This document shows, in pieces, positions 12,011 to 23,633 of a stretch of 64,000 nucleotides of DNA (position 1 is its first letter; each line of letters opens with the position of its first letter). The position numbers and the translations under genes were made by a program. Source of the stretch: Spizellomyces punctatus DAOM BR117 (taxonomy: Eukaryota); NCBI GenBank assembly GCA_000182565.2, contig KQ257456.1. The stretch is one strand, 5' to 3'. The notes beneath the pieces are model-generated. The model ran no database searches, was not told the DNA's origin, and saw only the letters and a list, made by a program, of their open reading frames with translations.

Positions 12011-14989
12011 TTAAAACAAAAATACACTCTTCCCTAAAGCAACCTCCCGTACCGGATCCACTTTGACCAAAAGTCCATCCACTTTGACTTGATAGGTCTC
12101 GGGATCGACTTCAACCTTTGGACAAAGATCATTCAATTTCATGTCCTTTTTGGTCACCGTCCGGCACCCTATCACGGGTGTAACTGTTTTCTTTAGTTGC
12201 AGCGCCGCAACGTTGGGGATAGAGGCGGAAGAGACGAATGCATGGGATGTATAAGAGATGGAGGAAGGTGAGAAGCCAAACATGGGACGAGAGATGATGG
12301 GTTCCGGTGTCGGAATGCTATATAAATGTCGTAAGTGTGATGCCAGTTGAAACGAGAAAGATATAAAAGCAACATACGATGCATTTGCGTCCCCCATTTG
12401 TGCCCAGACAATTACGCCTCCTTTGATAATCCGTTCAGGTTTGGTACCAAAGAATTCTGGCCGGTATTGGACGAGATCGGCTAGCTTGCCCACTTGAATA
12501 GATCCGACAATATGGGAGATACCATGCGCCGTCGCTCTGTCATACACGGAAATTCCTCAGTATATACACTCTCAAAGCGCCAATAGCGTATACTCACGGA
12601 TTAATCGTATACTTTGCAACATATCTCCTCACCCTCCAATTGTCCGCTCCGCCTTCCCCTTCCAACACCCCTCTCACCCCCTTCATCTTATCCGCAGTTT
12701 GCCACGTCCGGGATACGACTTCGCCCACCCGTCCCATTGCTTGTGAATCAGAAGAAATAATGGAAATGGCACCAATATCGTGTAAATAATCTTCAGCACC
12801 AATCGTTTCGCCTCGAATGCGGGATTCGGCAAATGCAATATCTTCTGGTATGTTTTTGGATAGGTGGTGACAGACCTGAAATGGCGTTAGCGGTGGTTGG
12901 GATTTGTTTGAACGAGTGGGCACTCACCATGAGCATGTCTAAATGTTCATCTAGCGTGTTGACGGTAAATGGCCGAGTGGGGTTGGTGGAAGAAGGGATG
13001 ACGTTCAGCTCGCCGCATACCCGGATAATATCCGGTGCTACACTACGGGGTTAGCAAATTTGCAAAGAGAATCGCCGAGACATGACTTACCATGTCCGCC
13101 TCCGGCCCCCTCACTATGATACGCATGAATCGTTCGGCCCTTGAAGGCTGCCAAGGTAGACTCGACAAACCCAGATTCATTCAGAGTGTCTGTATGAATC
13201 GTCGCCTGAACATCGTACCGTTCACAGACGTCCAGACAGTTATCAATCGCGGCGGGTGTCGTGCCCCAGTCCTCATGCAGCTTTAGCCCCACAGCCCCAG
13301 CAAGGATTTGCTCTTCAAGTCCAACCGGACTGGATGCATTTCCTTTTCCGGTCAGCCCAATATTGATAGGGAGGTCATCCGTTGCTTGAAGCATCATGCG
13401 AATGTGCTTGATTCCGGACGTGCATGTCGTGGCATTTGTACCGGTGTTGGGACCAGTACCCCCGCCAATGAGGGTTGTAATCCCACTTGCGAGTGCCTCC
13501 ACACAGAGTTGTGGACAAATAAAATGAATATGAGTGTCCACAGCTCCAGCTGTAAATATCGTTCCCTCCCCAGCCAACACTTCGGTTGTGACACCAACGA
13601 TCATCCCCTCCGTCACCCCGTTCATGACATCCGGGTTCCCAGCTTTCCCAATACCAACAATCACCCCCTTCTTAATCCCAATATCGGCCTACGTAAATGT
13701 ACACATGAGAATCAAAGCGTAGTAAGCGTCCAAATAAGATAACACCGACCTTATATATCCCACTCCAATCCACAATCACGGCATTGGTGATGACAAGGTC
13801 CAACGCATCAGCATCACCCACACCATTCGCCTGTCCCATTCCCTCTCGAATGACTTTGCCACCCCCAAAGACACATTCATCTCCATAAACAGTGAAATCT
13901 CTCTCAATTTCGATCAAAAGGTCGGTATCTCCCAATCGGACGCGATCGCCTACAGTCGGACCGTACGCTTCGGCGTAGCGGTGTCGATCCATTGTGTATG
14001 GGGCAGGAATGGGGAGCACAGAGGCATTTGTAGGGTCGTGTGCGAATCCTTTAGAGATGAGATTGGCGAGAATCGAGGGGATACGGGACGCATCGACAGG
14101 ACCGCTTGCAAGGGCGTTTCCGCCGGATATAATCATTTTCCCAGCAAGATCAGTGAGCGAGACGATTTTACTTTCACCTTGATGTGTATTAGATAAGTGT
14201 TTTTTAACGTATGTCAAACTATACGGATCCTACCAGGCTCAAACCTCACAGCTGTTCCAGCAGGGATATCAAGTCGCTTTCCGTACGCCAATTCCCGATC
14301 GAATCTCAATTTCGGATTCACTTCGATAAAATGGTAATGCGATCCAACCTACCACCTCATCCAGTCAGGTTCTCGTCGAATACCAGGTGATAGTAAAGGA
14401 ATGATACCTGAACCGGTCGATCTCCATCATTCGTCACCCTGATCCCATACCGATTCCTCCCGTCATTCAAAATAATTTTACCGGGCTTGACCACAATGGC
14501 ACCTATAAACAATATTCATCAACACCATTACATTGCGGATTTTTAGAAGATTTTCTTCTTACCAGGCTCATATCGCATCCCATCATCCCCTTCCTTTCTC
14601 TTCAAGCCCCGCGTCTCAAAGACACTCAACTCTGGAACAGGCAAAAAACTCCCATAGAGCGCAACTGCCAAGTCCCCGTCTTCGCTCGCAATGGGATTAT
14701 GCACCGTAACCAATTTCGTCCCATCTGGAAACGTTCCTTCCACTTGAACCTCGTGCAGCATGCTTTCAACTCCCGGTAGAACTTGTCGCGTACCGAGCAT
14801 GCGACGGCCTAGGGCCATAAGTTCTGAGACGGTATGTGTGCCATCCCGAATGTATTCGAGGATTTGGGAGGCGATGAGCGCGATTGCTTCGGGATGGTTG
14901 AGACGCAGACCTCGTGCGAGACGCTTTTGAGCGAGGAAGCCGGCTTGGTGGAGGGCGAGCTTGTCGACTTCGCGGGGAAGGAGGCGCAT
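12011..14989 (-). CDS. URE1: Urease, single-chain eukaryotic gamma-beta-alpha fusion, multi-exon
   Basis: [60 protein letters not shown]. Confidence 0.98.
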
Positions 14990-17418
14990 GGTGTGCCCTC
15001 AGTCTTGTTTAGAGGTAATGGGCGTTGGATGCTGTTGATCTTTGGGATGATGAGATGAGTCATCAGTGCTGTGCCACAATCGCGATAGTCAAACCGACAG
15101 CGATAACAGCCAGCGACTTCGTTTTTTTTCACAACCGCTGGAATCCCTTCCGTTGATCAACTTATTGAACGATGTACATGCCTAAGCATAAGAGATAGAG
15201 ATATGATCATTACGTTGAAAGATACAAAGGACATTGAGCGCAAATGCAAGAGCGTAAACATGCGTGGGGCACGTCCATTAGGTCAGGTTATGGACAGACC
15301 ACAGAAAGAATGCAGATCGCCCAGTGCAACAAATGTACATTTCCCAATGAATATATTCACAAACAAAACACATCAAAGATAAAACAATACAAAAACAGAA
15401 GGAACAAACCTAAAACATGAAAAGCGGCACGATGAGAAACTTCAAATAAACCACAACATGTATGCTCAGATCAAAACATGTCGACAGTATATATTCCGAC
15501 ATATGCTTGTCTCTTTGTTTTGTTGATATCATCATCGCATACGCAATGATACCAGTTACCCACCTACGACATTCAATCATCCAGTCGGTAAGCTGTGCCG
15601 TGGAATAGCCTATAGCGCAAACAGAGTTAGCGTCAGGTCATGCCAACCATGTCAAAACAAGCACTTCTCGCATATGATCAGTTTAGGCATGAATGTATTA
15701 TAAAGATGTGTCAACATCGAATAACTCGAATCTGACTCGTCATCGGTATCCTCATCTCATTTTTCTTTCCTACTCTAATTACGCCACAACCAATACTCAC
15801 CAGAACGCTTTCCCGACACATGCAGCGGCGGCGATCAGTGCAAGAAACCAGTCTGCGTCGCATGCGCAATGGACGAATGCCACTCTCGCTACGGCATCTT
15901 GGCCCAGGTTATCACCGAGAAATCTAAACAAGGAAAGCTACTTGAGTATGTGCAAGCGACAATCCATGAAGTCGAGCAACCCCAAGCAAAACCATCAGCA
16001 ATGCACTAATCAACACAAGAGTTTCAGTGCCCAGTGCTTTTTTGCGACCGCAAGAGAATGTCAGTTCCGCGACGCCATCCTCTGATTCTTCAGTCCCAAC
16101 TTTCATCTCTCACCAATGCTCACCTTGCACCAATCGCCGTAATGTCCGCGCAATTTTACCAAAAACCGATCATCTACCTAACCGAAGAATAAAACCATCA
16201 GATCATGATTTTCAGATCAACGTTACAACACAATTGGCTCAGTATCATCCTTTTTCTCAACAGACATGATTCAGCCGGTAATTCCAGCGTAGTTGTTGTT
16301 GTGCCAGGATAACTCATCTTTGCCAATCGTGCGACAATTCCAATGACTACATACCATTCAAATCACTTGACCATCATCGACAACAGCAATACACTAAACG
16401 CAAGCACATTCAGCACCAGAAAGACCAAGAATAGAAAACCGGGAGGAAGCTACACACAAGTTCAGAGACGCAAGTATCGTCACTATTGTTCTGAGACTCT
16501 AGTTTGAAATGATTTTGTCATGGGTCATCATGACTGTGTGCAGCTCCCTTTGCGACGGCAGTAAAACCAACCTGTTTGCCAATGAATCAGAACTTGGAAC
16601 GATGAAAAGACCATGGGAATGACAGAAAGAGGTGGAGAAGAACGGACGCTTTTATAGGACAACAAAATTCAAAGAAATGCTAGTCGCAGTTGATTGGCTG
16701 CTGCGCCACGCGTGGACCTCAGCGGTTATCACGGGGGAGCGGGATGGAACTGACGACGACACTCGCAGTACTGATCGCCGTAAGGAAAGTGTATCGGGAA
16801 TACATCCAAATTTCCAGCGGATTTGACAAACTTGTCCATTAGTCATAGGGCAAGCGCAACAGGCGTCACACGCAAACAACAGCAATAATGCACCAGTGTG
16901 GAACCATATTTACAAAGCTTGATCAAAATATACTCATATTTATGACAGGAACTCTGTCGAGATCTGGGTAACATCAAACGTCCAAGCAAGAATAGAGAAT
17001 TTTGAACGGTCTCTTCTGCAGGTTGCTACACAGGTCTCACGTGTGGACAGATTTCTGGTTGGATCAATCAAAGAAATCAGAAGTCTTCAATCCAGGAGTA
17101 GATCCAAATTTGGCCTTGGATGAGATGCGCAGGAGACTCCAATACTACAAGTTTAACAATTGATTTATTTTCTGATGTTGGTTGAATTGAATCTTGGTGT
17201 GGGCTGACAACAAGTTATTTCTACGACTAATGTCTGTTTGGCATGGTGACATCTGTCTTCTTCATTAGAGAGACAAAAGACAAAGCCATCCATGCAGCGA
17301 TATGCCACCTCTACCAACAAATAAAAATGCATAACAGATGCAAAACAAAGCAATATATAACAATCCATAAAACAGATAAGAAAAAAAAATTCAAAACCAC
17401 AGGAAACGATTGCAAAAA

Positions 17419-19426
17419 TTACGCAACCTTGACACCCCTCTGAATACCCACTTTATGTCCACGGCCCTTATCAACAGTCCGCAACTTTTCGCTAACACGA
17501 GCCAAAAGCAGTCGAACAATATCCGCATGTCGTTTGCGTGATGATTTGTGTTCGAGAACAGGTTTTTTGGCTTGTTGTTCTTTTTGGATGGTTTCTGTAA
17601 TGGAGAGGTTGCGAAATTGCCGCAAGAGTACGTCAGCCTCCTCGGTTTTTTCTGCTCTTTCTGATCGTGTCGGACGGAGACGTTGCGGACGGGGCTTGAC
17701 GATCGTTTCGGGACTGACCTTGACTTTGAAGCAGACGTCGTCGCGACGATGACGACTTGATGCTTGCGGCTAGCCGAGATTGATTTGGACAGGGTGAGGA
17801 GAAGAAGCGGGAGATGACGCTGCGGCTGCCACTTCGGATTGAGCATGCCCGCGGCAAAAAACGCGAGGAAAATCTCGATCTCCCGCTTTGCGTGTCTCAA
17901 ATCTACCACACAGTGATGCCATGTAGCGTATCTCAGAATCTACTATATAGNNNNNNNNNNNNNNNNNNNNNNNNNNNNNNNNNNNNNNNNNNNNNNNNNN
18001 NNNNNNNNNNNNNNNNNNNNNNNNNNNNNNNNNNNNNNNNNNNNNNNNNNCCCACTCCTGGGGTGTGGTGGTCGGGTCGAACGTCGAGGGGTCAAATGTT
18101 GGTATGGAGGGGAGGTTTTGGTAGGTGTACAGATCTGAGCTTGGGAGTGTGGAGTGGGAGGGAACGACGGGAGGTGTTATGATGGAATCTGCGATGACAG
18201 AGTCGTTATAGACTGGACGGTGGGTAGGGACGATGGGCGGGTTGAGGAGGGGTTGCGGGTTGGCGGGTACGACAAAGGCCGAGTCTTCGACGTTGTTGTA
18301 GGTATCAAAGGACGAATGGAAGCCGCTCATCGTGTCGTCGGTAGAGAGACTGTTGTCCATGTAACAGGTGCTATCTCCAATTTCATTCGACAGTTGCAAA
18401 AGGAATGTGTTGAGGTCGTTGAGGTGTTCAACGGGTTGGGTGTCAAGAGGAGGTAAGGCACCGGTGGTATCATCAAAAAGAAACGTGGCCATTTCATCCA
18501 GACGTTGCGCCATGTCGGCGTCGTAAGTGGTGGAGAGGCGCTTCTTTTTAAAGTCGCTCATAAATTCGTCGACAATGTCATATCCGCGTTTTCCATTCAG
18601 GGGCATGGGCGTCACGTCGTTTATCCCGCCTGGAATCCCACTGTTTAGGTCCCCATTCAGGTCTCCATTGAAATTCCCATTGTAATGGAACTCGGGGTGA
18701 TCAAACAAGAGATTTTGATCCGAGGGTATGCTGCCAAAGATCACATCGTCTGCAGGGGAGAGTGCCGACTGGGGCGAGAACTCTCCTGCCGTTCCTGAAT
18801 GCGGGGAACAGCCTTGCATATCGGACCACGTTGTTTCCGAGTATGGGGAAAAGGGCGAGTGTTTGGGAGTGTCCATGGTCGGGTGACGTGGAGAGCCGTC
18901 TAATGAACCGGCCGGTGAAAACGAGGGAGAGCGCTCTGACTTGACAATGGAGCGGCCACTGCTTCTTCTGCGCATGGAAGCCATCGGACGTGGCACGCGC
19001 AGTTGTGAGTCGAGGAATGCATGGTCCTGACCCATAAGAGCAGCGTCCTCGTGAAGTTTGTCGTGTTTCTTCTTGTCCTGCGGGCGCTTGAAAGCCCTTC
19101 CACAAATCTACTACACTATCAGCACACCGACCACACATTCGCACACTGATATAGTTGCATCTTACCTCGCAAACGTGGGGCTTGAGTGGGACATGGACTC
19201 GTAGATGACTTGTAATATGGTCCCTCTTTGTGGTTTGAACGTTGCAGTCCTCCCAGTGACAGTCGAGACAGAGGTTGTTTGTGGCTTTTCTGCCAATGTG
19301 CTCGTTGGTGAGGTGAGTATAGAGGGCTTCAGCGTCACTAAATGTCTCTGAGCATGGAGGAAGCGACCAGCGACACTGATGCTGTTGGAATGTTGCTGAC
19401 GGCGGTGGGGACGGCAGTTGCGGCAT
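17419..19426 (-). CDS. pacC: PacC/Rim101 pH-response C2H2 transcription factor; interrupted by the N gap and a foreign-looking 200-bp segment
   Basis: Three fingers: CRW...[19 protein letters not shown]...[42 protein letters not shown]-like motif; probable C-terminus [12 protein letters not shown] ending at 17419 in the same frame. Confidence 0.88.
17749..17950. repeat. Inverted, diverged copy of 21135-21339 (3' end of orphan paralogue 2)
   Basis: Reverse complement begins ctatatagtagattctgagatacgctacatggcatcactgtgtggtagattt, versus ctatatagtagattttgagatacgctatatggcatcactgtgtggtagattt at 21135; shared ccaaatcaatctcggctagccgca. Confidence 0.9.
17951..18050. other. Assembly gap (100 N)
   Basis: Run of N; true length unknown. 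Confidence 1.
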
Positions 19427-19493
19427 GGTAGGTGTGTGCAGACAATGTCGTGGGCAGTAAGAGTGATAGTTGAAAATAAAAAGCTTAAGCTAA

Positions 19494-19599
19494 TGCCAAG
19501 GTCTGTTATTGCCTTCCTCCGTTATTGTTGCTTTGTAGATTTGTTTGAGTGTGTAAAAGAGTAGGTGCGTTGTAATATGTGGCGGCTGTGATGCCAAGA
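19494..19599 (+). promoter_or_regulatory. Two TGCCAAG PacC/Rim101 consensus sites upstream of pacC
   Basis: TGCCAAG at 19494-19500 and 19592-19598, within 175 bp of the pacC ATG. Confidence 0.5.
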
Positions 19600-19824
19600 A
19601 ATTAGAAAGCCTATTAATAGGAAAACGCGATTTGATTTTGAGACTGATTATTTTTGAAAGCATAAAGGCATAAAAGGGAGGAGCTTTTAGAAGGATTGAA
19701 GGAATTCGGCATAGCAATTCAAGCAAGAGATTAGAGTGTTGCAGTGATTTTCTTGTAGGAACTCTTTACAGAACAAAGACAAAGTGGATATCCTAAAAGC
19801 TACCATGACGCTTTCCTTTCTGCA

Positions 19825-20204
19825 TCAACAAGATCGCATATGCTGAAGCTTCAGTTCCCATTCCTTTATTTCTTCTTGCAGCTCCTTTAGTTTTTCTTCT
19901 TGTAATTCCAACTGATTCTCGTTGTATTGCCTTTGCTTTGCCAAACACTGCTCGAGTTTAAAGGTATAGAACGCTTGCAGGGTTGCTGCTTCATCCAACG
20001 CTAGATGACATTTAAGTGTTAGTTACCATTGCAACAGTCAATGACGTGCGCCCTTACCAGGTTTTGGTTCAGAAGCCCTGGTTGATTCCTCGTAAGAGGG
20101 CAGCGAATCTCCTAAATAACAAGTCAACATAATGCAAAAGCGTACCTAGTATGGCACTCCCACATACCACTGGACGCATCTGTGAAAATATCTGCGGTTT
20201 GCAT
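19825..20204 (-). CDS. Orphan paralogue 1 (short, lacks the N-terminal domain; three exons), possibly a pseudogene
   Basis: MQTADIFTDASS|GDSLPSYEESTRASEPKP|ALDEAATLQAFYTFKLEQ...ELKLQHMRSC; same last two intron positions as paralogues 2 and 3. Confidence 0.55.
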
Positions 20205-21168
20205 GTTTAAGGCTTTTCGATCAAACGGGGAGGAAAGTTATGCTACCCTTTTTATGTTCAAAAACCCAAGCAATTCTGGAAACTGCCACGTTGCAGTCAT
20301 ATACTATAAAAAAGTCTTTCAGTCACATTGTCTTGATTGATTTCACACCCCCACCGTATTAGCAAATAAGCCTGGGGATTTCTAACAAACTATAGATGGA
20401 CTATTGGGGACACCTTATTCAGACATCAAGACATGGAAAAGTATCTAATAGGAGACAGAAATAGGAGACACGATCGGATAACTGGTTATTTTTGGATCGT
20501 TAATGGTAGACAATCCAGTCCCACCCGCTCCAGGCCAGAGCATTCGTCCTTCGCAGAGGGAAAACCAAGGGTTTTTATTTTGAAAAAAAATTCCAGTTTT
20601 TTGTATTTGCGGATGTGCTAAAGGATACTGTTCCTTCATCTCCACAGGACAAGACATCGAATGAAGAGTAAAAACAAGGATACTAAATGATATCCTGAAG
20701 TGTTAGTGTTGCATTGTGTTGCAAGGTCGCATCCCTGTCCCACGGCATGAGTCCAACCCCTTTCCAACCACAGAACGGGCATGGACTTTCGTCCCATCTC
20801 TTCGTGTATTGGCATCTCTGACCTTGTCCCCGCCTACATTTGCTTACCTGATCTTAGAAGTGATCGACAGTCATGTGACTGTACATTCCATTTCATCCCG
20901 GGTAGCAGGGCTTCTGCTGTGCTAGCCAAGCCATTTCCATTGCTTGAGCGGATTTTTTCAGAGTTTTTGGGAATTGCTTGAAGGCATAAAGGCATAAAAG
21001 GAGGAGCTTTAGAGAATTGGAAGATGGGATTCGGCAAAGCAAATCAAGCAAGAGATTAGAGTGTTGATGCAATGTTCTTTGTAGGAACTTTTACTGTGTA
21101 GGAAAGCAAAGGGAATGTCTTTGTAAATCAATCACTATATAGTAGATTTTGAGATACGCTATATGGCA

Positions 21169-21979
21169 TCACTGTGTGGTAGATTTTGAGACATGCAAAG
21201 GGGGAGATGGCGATTTTCCACGCGTTACTAGGAACCGGGCATGCTCAAGTTGAAGTTGCAGCCGCTTGGTTTTCTCCCGCTCCATCTCCTTGACCTTTTC
21301 CAAATCAATCTCGGCTAGCCGCACCCTTTCAGTCGTCATGCTTCGTTGCTCCATTTTGTACGATTGGAGCGATGTCCCTTCAGTAAATGCTAGATGCCAT
21401 TAAGTTTCTAATTGCTATAGCAACATTATGAACTTCTCATGATGCGCGCTTACCAGGTTTTGTTGCAGTCACAGTCGAGGCAGTGCCCAAGCGCGAGATA
21501 GTCGACTTTTGATAGGACGGAGCCATATCTTTTGGAGAAGCGTTGTCTAAATCGCGCAGACCACAAGTCAGCGCAATGCAAAAACACAGCCGGTAAAGAC
21601 TTCCACATACCACTCGTGGCCTTGACAGTCGCGCTGATGATAACCCCGTTGAGCATGGGGCCGCCTTCCATATGTTTGACACTAAGGGACGGCTGGACAA
21701 GGCTATTGTAGCAAGTTCAATATATGTCTATCATGCTACCATTCAGACTCGCAACGAAAGTGCATAACGTAGCGCCTCAATTACGCTAAAGACCACATCG
21801 TAGTTGCCTTGCATGGTGATCGTGCCTTCTGGTCCAGTACGTTGCGCCTCCATCTTCACTCCTTTCTTGGAGCAGACAGTTGTTTCCTCAAACGGCACTT
21901 GATCAGGTTTGACCTCACCTATGATCAAAGCATTGTTGTCTGTGGGTTGGAGTGTGACTGTAACAGGTGGGGCTTCCAT
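21169..21979 (-). CDS. Orphan paralogue 2 (N-terminal alpha/beta domain, APSY motif, C-terminal coiled coil)
   Basis: GVKMEAQRTGPEGTITMQG...; DMAPSYQKS; TTERVRLAEIDLE...EKTKRLQLQLEH; first intron donor reads TT at the position where paralogue 3 has GT. Confidence 0.6.
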
Positions 21980-22575
21980 AATCGATGAAAAAAAAATAGT
22001 AATGCTCAATCAGCACAACGAGGGAACAAGAAAAGTGTCCTTTTTATGTTGCAAGATCAAGCATCCGAAGGAAGGCTGCCATATGAAATGTGCTGTAAAC
22101 AGACTTTGACGCCAAGTCTAAACATTTAACCTTATGACAAGGAAGGCGTGGATACCTTTCCCATCTACTCGTAGTTATTTTTCCCATCCGCTCCAGGCCA
22201 GAACACTCGGCGTTTCCAGATAAATGCAGGCGTTGTTATTCTGAATAAGAATCCTTTGGCTTTTTTTGGATGTTCTAGTGTCCTTCATCCCCACAGGAAA
22301 AGCTTAGCAAAACGCGATTTGGGGGACACCTTTTGGGCGGATTTTTTCAGAGTTGGGGGCATGGATTTAGGAGCCTTAGAGAATTGGAAAAAGGGATTCG
22401 GCAAAGCAATTAAAGCAAGAGATGCTGTAGAGATTTGGTGCAATGATTTTTCTAGGAACTTCTACAGGAGCAGAGTTGCGTAGGATATCAAAGAGAAGGG
22501 GTATGTCTTGGAAGGCCATCAAGAAAATATTTTATATGATTGTTTTTACAAAGCCAGAGAAGGGTATACAAAAAG

Positions 22576-23633
22576 TTAGGATGGCTTCATTCCACGCTCT
22601 ATTAGGAACCGCTCATGCTCATATTTAAGTTGCAGTTGCTTCTGCTCATATTTAAGTTGCAGTTGCTTCGTCTTCTCCTGCTCCAGCTTCGTCTTCTCCT
22701 GCTCCAGCTTCGTCTTCTCCTGCTCCAGCTTCGTCTTCTCCTGCTCCAGCTTCGTCTTCTCCTTGTCCCTTTCCAAATCAATCTCGGCTAGCCGCACCCG
22801 TTCAGTCGTAATGCTTCGGTGCTCCATTTTAAATGCATGAAAGGCTTGGAGGGTGGCTTTTTCGTCGAAAGCTAGATATTGAAGTTTGTCGTTTAATTGC
22901 TATGGCAACAATGACTCATACACTCAGCGCCTTGTCCTTACCAGGCTTCTTTGGCTTTTTTGAGATCAGTCTTTCTAAAAACTGAGATCCGGCAGCTATG
23001 CTGGCTGAGGTCAAGGAGGACGATGGCACGCCAACGGCACTTATGATAGCCGTTGTTGCGAGCGCGAAACTGCTTGCCAGCGGGACACTTCCTACTGTAT
23101 GCGAAGCGGCATTCACTGCCACCCGAGACAGCATCGATTCTTGATATGAAGGGGGCAGCTCGATGGGAAGGGCGTGGTCCAGGTCGCCTAGAGAATAGTT
23201 AGCGACATGAAAGATAGTCGCTAGTATTACCATCTAACATACCACTGGAAGCCTTCTTAAAAATACCGCCATGATTGACCGTTACCCGAATAATCACGCC
23301 GTAGAATAGTGGATCCCCCTCCACTTCCTTTACGGTCATCTGCGGTTGAGAAAGGCTATGATGGCTAATTCAGTGGATGCTACAATCAGGTCTGAAAAGC
23401 GTTGTATAGTACCGTAACTCCTCAACCACTGTCGTCACATCGTCTCTGGCCCCTTGCATGGTGATGATGCTGTCAGGGCCAATGCGTTGGGCTTCCATAC
23501 GCACTCCATTCTTTGCACATAGGGTAGCAGCTAATTTCTTGAATGGTGTGTCGGCTGTAGTTGCTGTCAGGATGGTTATAGTGTTTTCACTGGTAGGTGG
23601 GATTGTGATCTCTGTGGCAGCGTTCAAAGACAT
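22576..23633 (-). CDS. Orphan paralogue 3 (four exons; N-terminal alpha/beta domain, PPSY motif, repeat-expanded coiled coil)
   Basis: GVRMEAQRIGPDSIITMQG...; ELPPSYQES; AFDEKATLQAF...TTERVRLAEIDLE; EKTKLEQ repeats; canonical GT-AG introns. Confidence 0.7.
22616..22763. repeat. Coding minisatellites: 21-bp unit in about 4.7 copies plus a 27-bp duplication
   Basis: gcttcgtcttctcctgctcca repeated from 22665 to 22763; tgctcatatttaagttgcagttgcttc at 22616 and 22643. Confidence 0.95.

Noticed and set aside
15150-17400. Short open frames between urease and pacC (e.g. 16632-16826 and a frame near 16930-17123)
   Set aside because: No recognisable domain and no consistent splice chain; a weak gene or remnant cannot be excluded
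17391-17909. 172-aa minus-strand ORF as an alternative PacC C-terminus or separate gene
   Set aside because: Starts inside the inverted duplicated segment; the 17419 frame looks more like a PacC C-terminus
22665-22763. Regular direct repeats as a CRISPR-like array
   Set aside because: No spacers; head-to-tail coding minisatellite in a eukaryotic gene
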